Positions 35,738 to 49,816 of a stretch of DNA of 64,000 nucleotides are shown here, piece by piece. The stretch is from contig NC_083285.1 in NCBI RefSeq assembly GCF_963506605.1, positions 56,792,001-56,856,000 on the forward strand. Direction: 5' to 3'. The position numbers were made by a program, and so were the translations under genes. How positions within the stretch are numbered: position 1 is the first letter of the stretch; every line of letters starts with the position of its first letter. A model generated the notes under the pieces. That model had not been told where the DNA came from. It saw nothing but the letters and a program-made list of their open reading frames with translations, and made no database searches. The DNA is from Zootoca vivipara (lineage: Eukaryota).

Positions 35738-38700
35738 TTATTCATCTCCGAATGTATAGTTAGGATGGGAAGCAAATCTGAAAAATAAAAATAATTGGAG
35801 CTTCTAAATTACAAGGAGAAAGAAAGGGTGAGATTCAGGCCTCAGAAGGAATATCCAACACATTTAAAGCACATGAAGCCTAGCCACTGGAATTTACCCT
35901 CGGAGAACTACAATTCCCTTAACAAACTATCTCAGGATTGTCATCCTTGGCCCACCCACCACAATTTGCTTGCCTTAGGCAAATTGCAAGATGGCGCACA
36001 TTTCATATACAGAAGCTAGCTGTGACAACCAAAACTTACTTCTAGATTGGCAGCAACATAGTGCCCTTCACCAAACCCAAGTGTCCTTCACCACAACTGA
36101 GGGCAGCAGCAGGCTAGTTATGTGGGTGCAGGACAGCCGTGCATAGCTGCCAAGTTTTCCCTTTTCTCACGAGGAAGCCTATTCAGCATAATGGAAAATC
36201 CCTTTAAAAAAGGGATAACTTGGCAGCTATGCAGCCGTGTGATGTACACAGCTCTGTCCTCCAACACAAGGGGACGGGCAGGGTACTCAGAAGTATCAGC
36301 TGGGGAGGGGGCTGGCCTGGAGGGTGCTTCCACACTGGGCATTTGAATGTGGAATTTACTCTCTTTTCCCTGTGGAAAGTGAGGAGAAAACTGGTTGATG
36401 CACCAGCAGAAGCACACATTACCTAACAGTAGGGCCGGCCCTGGTTCTGTCTCAATAGGGGATGTGTACTTAGGCCCTTAGTCTTTAGTAGCAGAAAGGG
36501 GAAATTACAGTGTGCCATCTCTGAGTTGTTTTAACTGGCATACCAGAGTAAGCCACATGGGAGACCTTTTGGTTTGGAGGGCAATCGTTTTTGAAATGTG
36601 TTGGGTGTAATAAATTGCTTCTTTCGAGTACCAGTCTGATGTCTTGCCCCTTGTGTGCAGCTTGTGTGTGTGTGTCCCCTCCCACTTCCCCCCCCACCAA
36701 ATTGTCAGGGGTTCTACCACACCCTCCCCAATGCAACAAGGAACGAGGAGTGCTCTGGCTGCAACCACAAACACCTGATTCCCACCAGGAGCTGCCTCCA
36801 CACGTGAGCTCTCAAATGGCCACCTGTATCACTGTGTGACAATATGGATGGGGCTGAACTCTAACAACAGATTCCCTTGCCTTGCCACCTTCAACTCACC
36901 CTGTCAGTTTCATGTAGCGAACATTTCTTTTGAGGCCATTGAGTGTTTTCATATCCTCTTCAGGCAGCTGGAAATCAAACACCTAGCAGAGGAGACAGGG
37001 TTGCATATAATCAGCAAGGGCTTTATTATCATTAATTATTATTATTATTACTATTATTATTTCAATTTATATACCGCCCTGTACCTGGAGGTCTCAGAGC
37101 GGTTCACAAACAAGACCATAACATATAAAATCAAACCAAAAACAATAACCCAATAACCCCTCCCCCCAAAAAGCCACATTCTAAAAGGGTGTTGGATGTC
37201 AATAAGATCAACCAAAGGCCTGGTTAAAAAGGAACATTTTTGCCTGGTGCCTAAAGGTGTATAATGAAGGTGCCAGGCAAACTTCCCTGGGGGGAGTATT
37301 CCATAGACGGGGAGTCACTGCGGAGAAGGCCCGTTCTCGTGTTGCCACCCTCCGGACCTCTCAAGGAAGACGCACACAAAGAAAGGCCTCAGAAGATGAT
37401 CTCGGGGTCCAGGTAGGTTCATATGAAAAGAGGCTCTAGATTTTCTGAAGCTCAAGCACTGAGACAAAGTGGGCAGAAAGAGGAGACATTGGCTCCCCTA
37501 TCCTGCAGAATCTCTCACTGATCTCACCTGCATTTTCATTCTGTTGTAGATGTCAATGGCTCCCATTCAACTCAGCTTACGCAGTTGAGCTCCTGTGAGT
37601 AAGATGGACCCTGTCTTCACTATTGCTTACCCCACAACTTAACTCTGACAGTCTGTGTTCCTTATGCGGTAGGTTATTCTACTTAAAGTGCAGGGATGAA
37701 CGAACACTCAGCTCCCAAGGCCTCGCCTAAACCAGTACACATTAGACTTTGGTTCACTGCATCTGCATACTGCCGGTTTACCTGGAGGTTTTCTTTAATG
37801 TGTTTTCTGGTGAAACTCTTGGCCAGAACCACCATGCCACGCTGCAACTGGTAGCGCAAGGCAATGAGCGCTGGGCTTCGGTTGTGCTTCTTAGCAAGGT
37901 CAACCAGTACTGGTTCCTCACGCAGAACTGGTGTGCTTGTGTCCATCCTGCAAGTGGAAAGCAACCTCAGGTGTCATTAAATAGCAATATTGTGACATAT
38001 TCAAGTCAACATTTGAGCATATCTATACACTGTAAGTATGAAGCTGTTTTAGACCAGATCATCTGGTATGGAGGAACCCAACCAAAGAACCCTGCAAGGG
38101 TGCAGAGGGCAGGGAAAGCAGACCAAAAGCACAATCTTATGCTCATCAGTCTTACTGGCCATACAGTCGTACCTCGGGGTGCGAACACCTCGGGTTACGA
38201 ACAACCCGGGTTACGAACTTCGCAAACCTGGAAGTATTTTCGCCGCACGCCTTTGCGCATGCGCAAAGTGCGAAAATAGCGCTTTGCGCATGCGCAAAAC
38301 GGCGGTTCGGGCCCTTTTTGGGTTATGAACTTTTCGGGTTACGAACTGCGACCCGGAACGGATCACGTTCGTAACCCGAGGTACCACTGTATTCATATAC
38401 TGATAAACCATGGTTTGTTGTGATGGGACTGAGCCTAGCCTCCCTCTGAACTCATATGCTCCTTTCCTCCTTTGGTGCAGCTGCAAGGAGTTTAGAAGCG
38501 AATCCCGGAGGGATTTAGTCCGCACTGCTTAAAATGGTTGGGTCTGGTAGACAAAATTGCAAACAGAAATGTGTGCATTAGCAGAAATGCACACTAAAGT
38601 GCTGTCAAATTTTCATGAGAACTTAAAATAAAAAAAGTTTGCAAACTTTAAATTTGATGTGGAATGATGCGGAAACTGGAACTTAAGAAAAAGGAGAAAC

Positions 38701-41700
38701 CCAAATTGTCAGATTCATCTACGCCTGTTAAGCACACATTCCTTTCTCCTAATTTCTGTATGGCTTTGACTAGGTGCTGCTTTGGTGCCCCTTCCCCGAT
38801 CCCATACTTGCTATCTTGGATCAGATATTCTTCCTGGTTTTGATGGTGCACTTTTTCTCCTTCCTCTCTGATCCTTAATTGCTACACTAGAACAAGCATG
38901 GGGAACCTCTGGCTGAGCTGCTACTGGCCATCATCCCTGACCATTGTGCATGCTTGCTGCAGCTGTCGGGAATTGTAACTCAGCCACATCTTCAGGGCCA
39001 ATTGTTGGTTAATTATTGGCTAATCATTGAAATACTGGAATAAATGATCAAAGTTCTCCTACCAAGCCTCGTCTCTCTGTGATCCTAAAGCAGAGAAAGC
39101 TTCCAGGACAATATCCTTTGATTTGCAGAAAGACAGCAGCTTGGCTTGCTTGAGATAAGGGTGGCATTCGACCTGGTGGAGAATTTGTGCACAAGCCAAG
39201 AGTAAGAAGCACGGTCTAGAGGAGCAGTCTTTACAGTCTTGTTACAAAATAACAAAAATAAATTGGTTCTCGAACACAGAGCATTATGAATGGGCATGAA
39301 CATCTGGAATGGAATTTTTGAACAGAGCTCCATGTGGATACACTGTGGCCAGGATTCCTGCATGATCAGGGCCCTCAGTTATTGTGAATTCAGAACCCAC
39401 ACCCCCACTTTCCACTGATGCAATCTCACTCCCCTTTGTTCAGTGATTTATTTATTTTTAAAGTCTTTTACCTCCTTTTGGAAGAACAGCGTTTGCATTC
39501 TATCACTGTGTGAGCAGGGAGAAAACTAGCCTTGTCCTCTGGTGTCTAAACAGACAGAATGAAGATTTCCATGTAATGTGGATCCCTGCTCATTTGGGTT
39601 TCCAGATTGCATGGGAGCCTTCAGGCATATAGATGCGCCTGCAAAGGCTTCCTCCTGGCAGACATTCATGTTGTATGAGGAAATGTCACCGCACATTTCG
39701 CTAGCTAAAATGCAAGGTGCCAGGGAAAGAGCTAGCCAACACAGTCCTGCTCCTCATTCTAACATCGATAAAATATATGAGCCATTATTCTGAATATATC
39801 TCCTGTTGTCAGACAATCTCCCCCCGAATGTAATTCAGACAGGGAGCAAAAAGCAAGTTAATATTGTTGCACCAATCTCTGAACATTGAGATGTTTTTGG
39901 GGTTCCAATGTGTGCTTCGGGGGTTCATTTCCTTTGAATGAGGTCACTGGAGATTTGCGGAGTTTCTCTAATGTGGAGGTTTACTTACACATCATATAGA
40001 GGCTGAGCATAAGAGGGAAGATTGAGATTCCTGGATTGCAGGATACCCTTTCACACAGAGAGATACTTTTATGACAGCATCTCCACCCAGGGAAGGGGCA
40101 AGAATAAACTTGCTCTCTTTTGATCAGTGGCGGAGCTACATGCTCCAGCACCGGGAGCGGAGAACAGGCAGGGCCATGGCTGGCATGCGTCCCAGGGGCG
40201 TGGTGTGCATCCCGGGGGCTGCGCGGTGCGTGTCCTGGGGGCAGCCACGATGGCACCCTGCCAAGGATGGCACCCGGGGCAGGCCGCTCCCCCCCACACC
40301 CTTCATTTGTCAGTGCTTTTGATCCCCTTCTAGAAGTATCGACAACAATGGTTCCCAATTTGCTAATTACTGAGGACCCCCTAATTATTATTATTAAATT
40401 TTTTTAAAAAAAAAACCCTCAGGACCCTCTACTTTTGAAAAATTTGATAACTATGGTGGTTGCTTCTGCAAAGCATTTTTTTTAACAAAAAGCAAAGGAT
40501 TTTAGGTATACTAAAAAAACAGACCAGGGCTGAGCGATATCTGCTTTTCAACATCGTGATATTCTGATATATCCCAATGTCTGAAATTGGAGATCAGGCG
40601 TGGGGATGAGGGAAGGAGCAGCTGCGGAAATCGGATGGGTGGGGGGAGGAGGCAAAGTTTTGGCAGCCAGCGAAGACGCACATCCACTGTGGCTGCTGCT
40701 GCTGCTTTCCTGCTGACTGAGAAAAGCTGCTCTGCCTCGGTGCCAGGGGAAGGTAGTGCTACGGTGCCTTGAAATCGGCTGCCCTGCTCTGCCTCGCGTG
40801 AGGAGTGGTATATTGCTGCGGATTGCTGGGCCAGAATCATTATCGCAGTGTGATTTTGGCCAATCTCACAGCGCTAAAACAGACCATAAAATTTGTGATA
40901 TTCCCATGCAAAAAAATTAGTGGGGGGGGAGGCAAGGGATGGGGCTGCACACCCCCTGGGTGTATTCCGTGGACCCCTAATTAGGAACCACTGATCTACA
41001 ACTAATATGGTGACGTATTGACTCTGACTTACTTTACAAAAGTGCACAAACCTGGCCAGGGCTACTACTGACTTAACAAAGGACCTGCTCTGGCAGCCCC
41101 TTTTCACAGAGGGTCACAGAGTTGGAGGGAACTCTCAAAACCCATTTAGTTTAGCCTCAATCACAGAACAATACAAGCTATGGGGGATGAATGGATGGGT
41201 TTTCCTGGTCATGTCATGGACCAATGAGCATTTATTCAGGAAAGCCAGTGTGGTAGAGTGACGGATAGAATATCACAAATGGATTGGGAAAACCTGGCTT
41301 CAAACTCTGGCCATAAAACTGTCTGAGCCAGTCACTACCGTTCAGCCAAAACTACGACACTGGGCATGTTGTGAGGCTAAAATAGAGAAGCCCCTGGGTA
41401 GGCTGCCCTTAGGTTTTTGGAGGAGGGCTGGAATACAAATGTGACAGACAGATCAATACTCAAGATATTTCCTCCACACTCACTATTTTGTGGGAGGGAT
41501 TCAGTTGCATACCAGAAAGTTTAGGGTTGTGCTATGAAAGTGAATTTAAGCGCTCCAGTGCAACAAATAATTTTTTTAATGCAGTTTGGAAAGTGAAGAG
41601 GAAATGCACTAAAAGAAGTATGGGATAATGATCAATTGAAAGGAAGACATATAACCACTGTGCAGGCAAATCAGAATGAATTCTCACTATCATATAGCCT

Positions 41701-44700
41701 CCCTGCAAAGTAGAAGGAATGCTCAGTAATGAGTGAACATCATATAACCTCAATGCAAGCTTCCTTGTGAAAGCAAATCAGAATAAATGCTCAATAAACA
41801 AGTCATCTGGAGGATCCCAGAATTATACCTGGTTGAGAACAGGCTTGTACTTGAAGCCAGGTTTGTTCAGGATCTTTTCCAGAAGCCTCTGGTTGAAGTT
41901 GGAGACACCAATAGACTTCACCAAACCTGCATCTTTACATAATTCCATGGCCTGCAGAAGATGATGAAAGTATATAAACAAAGCAGGCTGTGTAAATTAT
42001 GCTGCTGAAATAAGTGTACAGTTTTGATTTGGGGGATTGTCCTGCTGTTGCTACACAACAGTGATGATACACACCTCCCAGGTTTGACACAAGTCAATGT
42101 CATCGAAGACCAGCTTTCCACTTTCATCTTTTGGTAGCGGATCGGCTCCTGGCTTTAAAATAATAAAAACAAAAACAAAATTTTACTCAACATAGAAACA
42201 ACAGCACCAAAAACCTATTAAAATATTTTACGTCCCATCTTTCCCCTTAATGCCTTTGAGATGGCATACAATTTTGAGCTTAGGATGATAACTATAAATA
42301 TTAGCATTAGGGCTAGACTTAACTATGCTCAGAGACCCATTGAAAGCAATGGGACTTAAGCTAGTCATTAATTTGACTCTAAGCATGACTGCTATTGCAT
42401 ACACAGTTACCTGGGAGTAAGTTGCATCAAACTCAGTGATACTTATTTCTGAGTAGACATCTGCTGGTTTGTGATGTCAGTCTGGAAACAACCCGTTATC
42501 AGGAAACAATTGTAAAAGCAGATTAAACAAAATGAAAGCTTTGACTTTTTTTTACATTTAGTTGATTATGATTATTACATTTGCAAACAAGGTTAAGATA
42601 TGTTTCCAGATGTAGATTATTTTATATGTCCTCCCCCCCTTGTGGTCCAAATGGGGCTTGTCCTGCCTGCAATTTCTAATTGGTGAGGGAATGCAACTTA
42701 TCACATATTTACGGTAAATACACTCCTCTGTTATTACAGTTATACTTCAGTGCACACTTATGACTTCATTGATCAGAGTTAGACAGAGAACCAAATTAAC
42801 TCTATTGCGATTGTTGTTACTTTTACAGTTACTAGCTCTAACTAGAGTACTGTGAGGGGTAACATTTTTCCTCTTGCACTGCAGTCTCAATGAAAATCCT
42901 ACTCTAGGTTGCTATTACTCAGAGTGGTCTTGCTCCCATTGGTACCAGTGGGAGTTCCCTCCATCCCTCAAGTTCAGTTCCCATATATCCAGCTAAAAAA
43001 GGTTTTGGTAACAGGACTTAAAGAAAGTTTTTTTAAAAAAGCCTCTGAGATTTTGGAGAACTGCTCCCCATCAGAGGAGACAACATTAGCCACTTGATAA
43101 AACAGTTGTCATGTGATCCAACTTCATCTCTACACTAAAACTTTTCCTTTTAAAGACAGCGGTCATGGGTAGGTAAATACCCTACTTATTTTTCCTTGAT
43201 TTTGAGAACATCTAAAGTGTGAAGGATAGTTGCATACGATTCAAAACTTTGCTCCCAGCATTTGAAACAGTATTGGCATCATCTCTCTCTCTCTCTCTCC
43301 CTCTCCCTCTCTCTATGTCTCTGTGTTAGTCATCTTCGGAGATCAACATGGGTATGTTTCTGATCAAAACAATTAATGTGTACGCTTAACAGTAAATCCA
43401 TCTTAATATATAGTTCTTCTTTTAAGATAAGAATTTTACAAGAAAGGAAAGTTTGGTTTTGGTTCATCAACTAGTGAGGGGGCGCACGAATTACCTTGAG
43501 AGGAAATGGCATGTGAATAAGAAAGAGATCCATATAATCAAGTTTAAGTTTCTTTAGAGATTCTTCCACACTTGTCTGGACAAGTTCTGGGCGATGAAAG
43601 GTGCCCCAAAGCTGTAAAGGGTTTCAAACAACAGAACATGGATACAGTTCACCTTCAGAATGAATGGTTCTTACTGAAGCATATAGACACACTCCAATTA
43701 ATTTCAATGGCCATTGTGTCAGATAAATTTCTGCCTATCCGTATGACTGTTATCATAGCTTCTTTTTCACAAAGGTTGTATCTTCCCAGGTAGAGTTAAA
43801 ACTAAATGAGCATACATCATGTGCTATTGGTTTATTGCCTCAAAAGAAAGGACCCTGGGTGTTTCGTTTTCCAGGTGTAAAATTATATGTGACTAAATTA
43901 TTAAGAGAATGCACTGAGGTTTTTTTTCCATATAGGTAGGGGACCAGTCAGTTGCAGTTTCCATAGTCTAACTTTCCTATAAAGAGAACATTCTTAAAAC
44001 AATGGCTTTCAAACTGGGTTCTGAGACACCTTGGCTTCGCTGGAAACTTAACAGGTGCACTTCCAGACTGCCAATATATTGTGGTTACAGGTAGGTAGCC
44101 GTGTTGGTCTGATGCAGTTGAAACAAAATTAAAAAAAATTCCTTCCAGCAGCACCTTAGAGACCAACTAAGTTTGTCATTGGTATGAGGGTGGGATATAT
44201 TGTGGGTGGGAATCAAGCACATGCCAGAACTTTGCAAACAATTATCAGTAGTATCCAAGGCAACACGTATGAGCAAGTACAACAATGCAATAATACAATG
44301 TCAAATATCAACTCTTTATGAAATCTATACAATCATAAACGAAACGAAATATATAAAATATGAACTCTCTTCAAAACCAAATAAACAGAAATCTTATAAT
44401 TCTCCGAAAGTCTCGAAATATAAACTCTTAATGGATTCTCTTCAAAACATAGAACCAAATAAGCAGAAGTCTTATAAGTCTCTGAAAGTCTCTGAAGACT
44501 ATGTAAGTCTTTGAAGGAAGCAATATATCAGATTCTTATCTGGTGCAAACGAGCTGTAAAACTTTGTTTTATGGCGTCCAACGCTGCTGAAGTAGTCCAC
44601 AAACATAACCCACTGTTTCGTAATTCTTCAGCACATAACTTTATGACCACTGATATTTTCATACATATTCATTCACAAAACGAAGCATTATAATATCCTG

Positions 44701-47700
44701 CTGTGCTGAAGAATTACGAAACAGTGGGTTATATCCAGAATCACTGTTCACTACGACTGTTTGTGGACTACTTCAGCAGCGTTGGACACCATAAAACAAA
44801 GCTTTACAGCTTGTTTGCGTCAGATAAGAATCTGATATATTGCTTCCTTCAAAGACTTACATAGTCTTCGGAGACTTTCAGAGACTTATAAGACTTCTGC
44901 TTATTTGGTTCTATGTTTTGAAGAGAATCCATTAAGAGTTTATATTTCGAGACTTTCAGAGAATTATAAGAACTCTAATTAAAGCAGATTAAAGCACTCT
45001 ATCACACTGGTGCAACAAATCTACAGTGGTACCTTGGTTCTCAAACTTAATCTGTTCCGGGAGTCCATTTGACTCCCAAAACTGTTCGAAAACCTTCTGA
45101 TTGGCTGTAAGAGCTTCCTGCACTCAAGCAGAAGCTGTGTCGAACGTTTGGCTCCCGAAAAACATTCACAAACCAGAACACTTACTTCCGGGTTTGCGGT
45201 GTTCAGGAGCCGATTTGTTCGAAAACTAAGCCGTTTGAGAACCAAGGTACCACTGTACTTTTCTTCTTTCCTTCAAAAGACTTTATGTAGTTAGGAAAGC
45301 AATGATGAACAAATACTTGACAGGAAGACTTGTAAATACCACATGAGCAAATCAGGATAAGTGCTGATTTCTTTATTACCTCACCAGAAAGACATCAGAA
45401 TGAATGCTTGGTAAAGACCAGATAATAGTCTAACCTAAGTTTTTTGCACATAGCAAAACAGGATGGATATTAATAAAAAATAGGTCAGGGGGAGCCCTAG
45501 GAGTTTCGCAAGATGATCATCAATGATGAACAACCTTCCCTAACAGGCTGCTTGCCCATCAAGAAGATTCCATTTCAATGGGAAGACATAGTATAATGTT
45601 AGGTATATCTCTAAGGGCATCTTCAGAGTTTTGCAATTGGGATTCAATGGCAAACTGCAAAATTCAGGTTGCACAATTCAAGTAGCTCTGCTGCTCTGGT
45701 GCAAATCTGCTTCTAAGAAAAACAAATCAAACTTTTTGCAGCAAGGAAAGTGCACTAGAAAGTGCGGGATATCAATTGCTTGCCCTTGATCTTGCATAAC
45801 CTCCCTGCAAACAAATCCAAATGAATGCTCAGTAAACAGATTGTCTGGAAATGACCTGAGTTATGTTCTCAGAGTAATGTTGGGCGGCCAAGTAAAAACA
45901 AAATGAAGCAGGCTCTTGCAGCTTCATTAGTTTATTATTAATTATTATTATTATTATTATTAAAGATTTTCTTGATTTACAAAGATATATGCAATGTCTC
46001 TCATAACATTTTTTACAAATCAGTTTCATTTGTTGATACATTGGGAAGAAAGGGGGAAAGAGGTAGATGGGGGAGAGATGGGTGGGGGTGGGTGACGGTG
46101 TTTCTATTTTACTTAATATATGTGGGGGGTTTTGTCAGCTTCGCTTGTGCAGGTTCTCTGCTGTTTGCTTGTGTTCTTTTGGTGGTGAGAGATGTTGGGG
46201 TTGGCCTAGGGTATGGTTGTTCCTTTGTGGTTGGCTGTGGTGGTCTTTGTTTTGTGTGTGAGTGGGGTGGGTGGGTGTTTTGGATCAGGTTAGCCATATT
46301 GATTTGTATGCTGTTGGTGTATTTTGGTCATTGTCTTGTTGGGCTTCATTAGTTGTATAGAGAAGGGATTTCATCAGTTGTTGCATGTATGACAACACAT
46401 TCTGAAATTCCTCCGTTGCACAACTGCCAAAGTTGTCCTTTTTCCTGCCTGGCAATGGTGAGGATGTCTACAATACACAGGGATTCCTCAGGAGTCAAGT
46501 CGATTCCGAAAGGAAAGAAGTAAAATTTGGAAACCACTGAGTTGAATAAATGAACTTCCATTGCCTTAAAGGTAAAGGTAAAGGGACCCCTGACCATTAG
46601 GTTCAGTCGTGACTGACTCTGGGGTTGTGGCGCTCATCTTGCTTTATTGGCCGAGGGAGTCGGGGTACAGCTTCCAGGTCATGTGGCCAGCATGACTAAG
46701 CCACTTCTGGCGAACCAGAGCAGCACACAGAAACGCCGTTTACCTTCCCGTCAGAGGAATTTATCTACTTGCACTTTGACGTGCTTTCGAACTGCTAGGT
46801 TGAGGTTGGCAGGAGCTGGGACCGAGCAACGGGAGCTCAGCCTGTCATGGGGATTCGAACCACTGACCTTCTGATCGGCAAGCCCTAGGCTCTGTGGTTT
46901 AACCCACAGCGCCACCCATGCCCCAAGCGTCCATGGCCTTAGCTGTTAGGAAAGGATGGTAGAAGCAAAGCCTGTCCACCAATCAACCAACTACTACAGG
47001 AATTAATATTTACTGACCTTTCCAGTGTAAAACAATTCATCCCTTTTCACAGTTCCATCTGCAATCTTCGCATTAATCCCTCGTCCAATTTCCTCTTCAT
47101 TCCCATAGATGAAGGCTCCATCGATAAGGCGGAAGCCAAGCTCGATGGCTACCTTTATAGCCTCCTCACACTTGCTTTTTTCAACCTGGTGGTTAAAACA
47201 ACAAATAGTGTCAGCAATTTTCACTTACACTTTGGCAGGAGGGTTACGTGAAAAAACAGGGTTTTTTCTCTCTGCTAGACCAGGATTTATTGCAGCTATA
47301 TAAACAATATTTTCACATAATTGAAAAGCATTCTGGCCACACTTTCAGAATGGTTAATACCAGTGTCAATAGGAAGGGAGTTCCAAAATGTGGGTGCTGC
47401 CACACTAAAATATTGGTTTCTTTGTCACCTTGCCAACAAAGGTTCGTATAGTTAAAGCTATGGTTTTCCCAGTAGTGATGTATGGAAGTGAGAGCTGAAG
47501 AATGCTGATTGCCGAAGAATTGATGCTTTTGAATTATGGTGCTGGAGGAGACTCTTGAGAGTCCCATGGACTGCAAGAAGATCAAACCTATCCATTCTTC
47601 AGGAAATCAGCCCTGAGTGCTCCCTGGAAGGACAGATCGTGAAGCTGAGGCTCCAAAACTTTGGCCACCTCATGAGAAGAGAAGACTCCCTGGAAAAGAC

Positions 47701-48704
47701 CCTGATGTTGGGAAAGATTGAGGGCACAAGGAGAAGGGGACGACAGAGGACGAGATGGCTGGACAGTGTTCTTGAAGCCACCAACATGAGTCTGATCAAA
47801 CTGCGGGAGGCATTGGAAGACAGGAGTGCCTGGTGTGCTCTGGTCTATGGGGTCACGAAGAGTCGGACATGACTAAACGACTAAACAACAACAACAAATG
47901 TAGAATGAGGCACCTGTAACAGTGGCCATTCTGCAAAATGTAGGGCAAACCGATGTGAAATAAAGATATCACTGCATTTAATGCAACTGATTTTTCAAAT
48001 ACAAATACCTGTCAACTTCAGGTTATATTTTAGTGAGTAAGATCTAATTTATATATTTTAATTGCTGCTATATCTGTACCCTCCCTGTTATACCGAACTG
48101 CAAATTTAAATGTATCCCTATTGCGTTCCATGACTTCCCTGATTTTGTATGTGAGCTGGAACTGGTCCATGACTGAAATAATAAATTCATTCATACAAAT
48201 ACCTGCAGACTGGGACAATAGTGGACAGGCAGGAGAAATTCACACACACATACACCCTTGTCTGCCACAGACATGACAAAAATCATCCTCTCTACACACA
48301 ATGAAATTGCTATTTGCATCAGGAGAGATACAAATAGCAACTTGGGATGGGTAAGTAGCCAGGGTCCGTGGTGTAGGGATAAGGGTTAAACTCTCATTTT
48401 CCTCCCACTGTGGCTCTGATCCTGATCAGGCTCTCTCCAACAGCAGCTATTTGTGTTGTAAAACTCAAACATCTTCATGGAATGACATGTAGATTGACCC
48501 TTGGGAGGGGTCCTGCAAAACCATCACAAAGGGTGGCCATTTATTGGCTTTCCATGTGAGAAAGCAAATTTCCTATAAAGGCGATATAAAAAGAAAACCT
48601 TAAGAAAGTTGACTTACTTCATCAGGGCAATAGGTACCAAGCCCAATCAAAGGGATTTTGTTTCCATCGCTCATCTTAAGGCAAGAATTTTTGTCCAGAG
48701 TCAT
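35738..48704 (-). CDS. Aldo-keto reductase family 1C-like gene, copy C (complete, 323 aa, more diverged)
   Basis: Exons 48618-48704, 47018-47185, 43495-43611, 42075-42152, 41829-41951, 39063-39172, 37782-37947, 36900-36982, 35738-35777. Total 972 nt; [25 protein letters not shown]...LIDGAFIY...IHMPF...LAKSF...[12 protein letters not shown]. Confidence 0.94.
37060..37435 (-). mobile_element. L2-like LINE 3' fragment with (TAT)n tail
   Basis: TTTATATACCGCCC...CAGAGCGGTTCACA...GAGAAGGCCCG. Confidence 0.6.
38164..38389. mobile_element. Tc1/mariner MITE
   Basis: TIR CAGT(C/G)GTACCTCGG; TA TSD; internal palindromes. Confidence 0.8.
40346..40993. mobile_element. Non-autonomous hAT element (related to 9136-9616) with nested insert
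   Basis: TIRs CAATGGTTCCCAATT and AATTAGGAACCACTG; TSD ATCGACAA/ATCTACAA. Confidence 0.7.
44083..44188 (-). mobile_element. Penelope pseudo-LTR fragment
   Basis: Reverse complement of about 55045-55140. Confidence 0.8.
44392..44971. repeat. Long inverted repeat (arms 44392-44635 and 44702-44971)
   Basis: Arms are reverse complements with few mismatches and one ~25-nt indel; 66-bp spacer. Confidence 0.9.
45024..45255. mobile_element. Tc1/mariner MITE
   Basis: TIR CAGTGGTACCTTGGTTCTCAAAC; TA TSD. Confidence 0.85.
46565..46918 (-). mobile_element. Sauria SINE
   Basis: (TAAAGG)n tail...GGGATTCGAACC...CACAGCGCCACC; flanked by TCCAT(T/G)GCCTTA duplication. Confidence 0.85.
47430..47897 (+). mobile_element. 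RTE-BovB 3' fragment
   Basis: ORF ...[10 protein letters not shown]...[26 protein letters not shown]; (CAA)n tail. Confidence 0.9.
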
Positions 48705-48794
48705 CTTTTTACAGCTTTGGTCTGATGTGCAAGCAAATGTACTCTGCCAGAGTTTTGGAGAAGAGAAGCGGAGTTGGCTACAATTCTCTTTTTC

Positions 48795-48801
48795 TCTTAT
48801 A
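48795..48801 (-). promoter_or_regulatory. TATA-like box of AKR-C (TATAAGA)
   Basis: About 90 nt upstream of the ATG; motif only. Confidence 0.3.
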
Positions 48802-49699
48802 GAGTTACTTCCTCAGGGGCAAGGAGAAGTGATGCTGATGTAAGGTAGATGAAAAACAACCCTCAGAACCTCGACACTATAATAGATCCCTGAGGTATCA
48901 AATACTTGGCATTGTCACACTATCAACTCAGAGGTCACATGCTGTTTTCATCCAGTCTCCACCAGTTCACTGGGCAACTAGTTAGAAGACAATGGAAAAA
49001 CACAGCTTACTTGAGTATAAACCCCCAAATTTGGAACCCCCCTCCAAACCGGTGCCAAAGTTTTGCAGTTGTTGGCAGTGTTTTGCAGGACAAATCCCAT
49101 ATTTTGCGACACCCTCACCCCAAACTGAGTAAATAATACATCAAATCAGGGTTCATAGTCAACACCCAAAAATCCATCTCAGCAGACAAATGACCAGATA
49201 TTTATGCTGAAGTTTTTCACCCTGAGCCCTGAAGTAGAGGTGTTCCCAGATGGTTTCTACGTTCAGGTCTGATTCAGAGGTCTTGTGCAACAAACTTATT
49301 AACCCAAATTTTGCAATATGGAAAGTGATGTGAAAATGTCAGGAATACTTGCTTAATGCAGCAGTGCCAGACTCATGCCTTACATTTATGCCTCACCCCA
49401 AAGAATCCTGGGAATTGCAGGATTCTGGGAGTTGTTAGGAGACTCCTATTCCCCATAGAGAGCTACAATTCCCAGAATTCCTTGGGAAGACGAATTGAAA
49501 CCACTTGGAACTGTAACTCTGTGAGAGGAATAGGGGTCTCCTAACGTCTCTCGAAGAGGTCACGAAGAGTCGGACATGACTAAACAACAACAACAACAAC
49601 GTCTCTCAGCACACTGAACAAACCACACTTCCTATAATTCTTAGTGGGGAAGTCATAACTGTAGGCCTGCCAGCCTGCATCAAATTAATGGTTCTTAGA

Positions 49700-49816
49700 C
49701 AGCACTATTTTTCTAGAAAAAGAGGTGCCGGAACTCACTGTGAACACCTCCCTTGTTCTCTTATAATGACAATGGTGTCCACCTGAGAGGTGCTGGAGCT
49801 GGGAAAAAAAGTCCTG
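49700..49816. mobile_element. Short hAT-like MITE
   Basis: CAGCACTATTTTTC...GAAAAAAAGTCCTG; TSD TTCTTAGA/TTCTTAGG. Confidence 0.55.

Noticed and set aside
36204-36540. Alternative terminal exons for AKR-C (acceptor at about 36370; an 'HCNFPF' string near 36500)
   Set aside because: 35738-35777 has the right phase, a good acceptor and the HPNY motif. The alternatives give non-homologous peptide or an immediate stop.
10633-43611. Calling the AKR genes AKR1D1 (steroid 5-beta-reductase)
   Set aside because: All three keep the tetrad His (IHNP/IHMP), whereas AKR1D1 has Glu there. One-to-one orthology to a named AKR1C gene cannot be established either, so no symbol was given.
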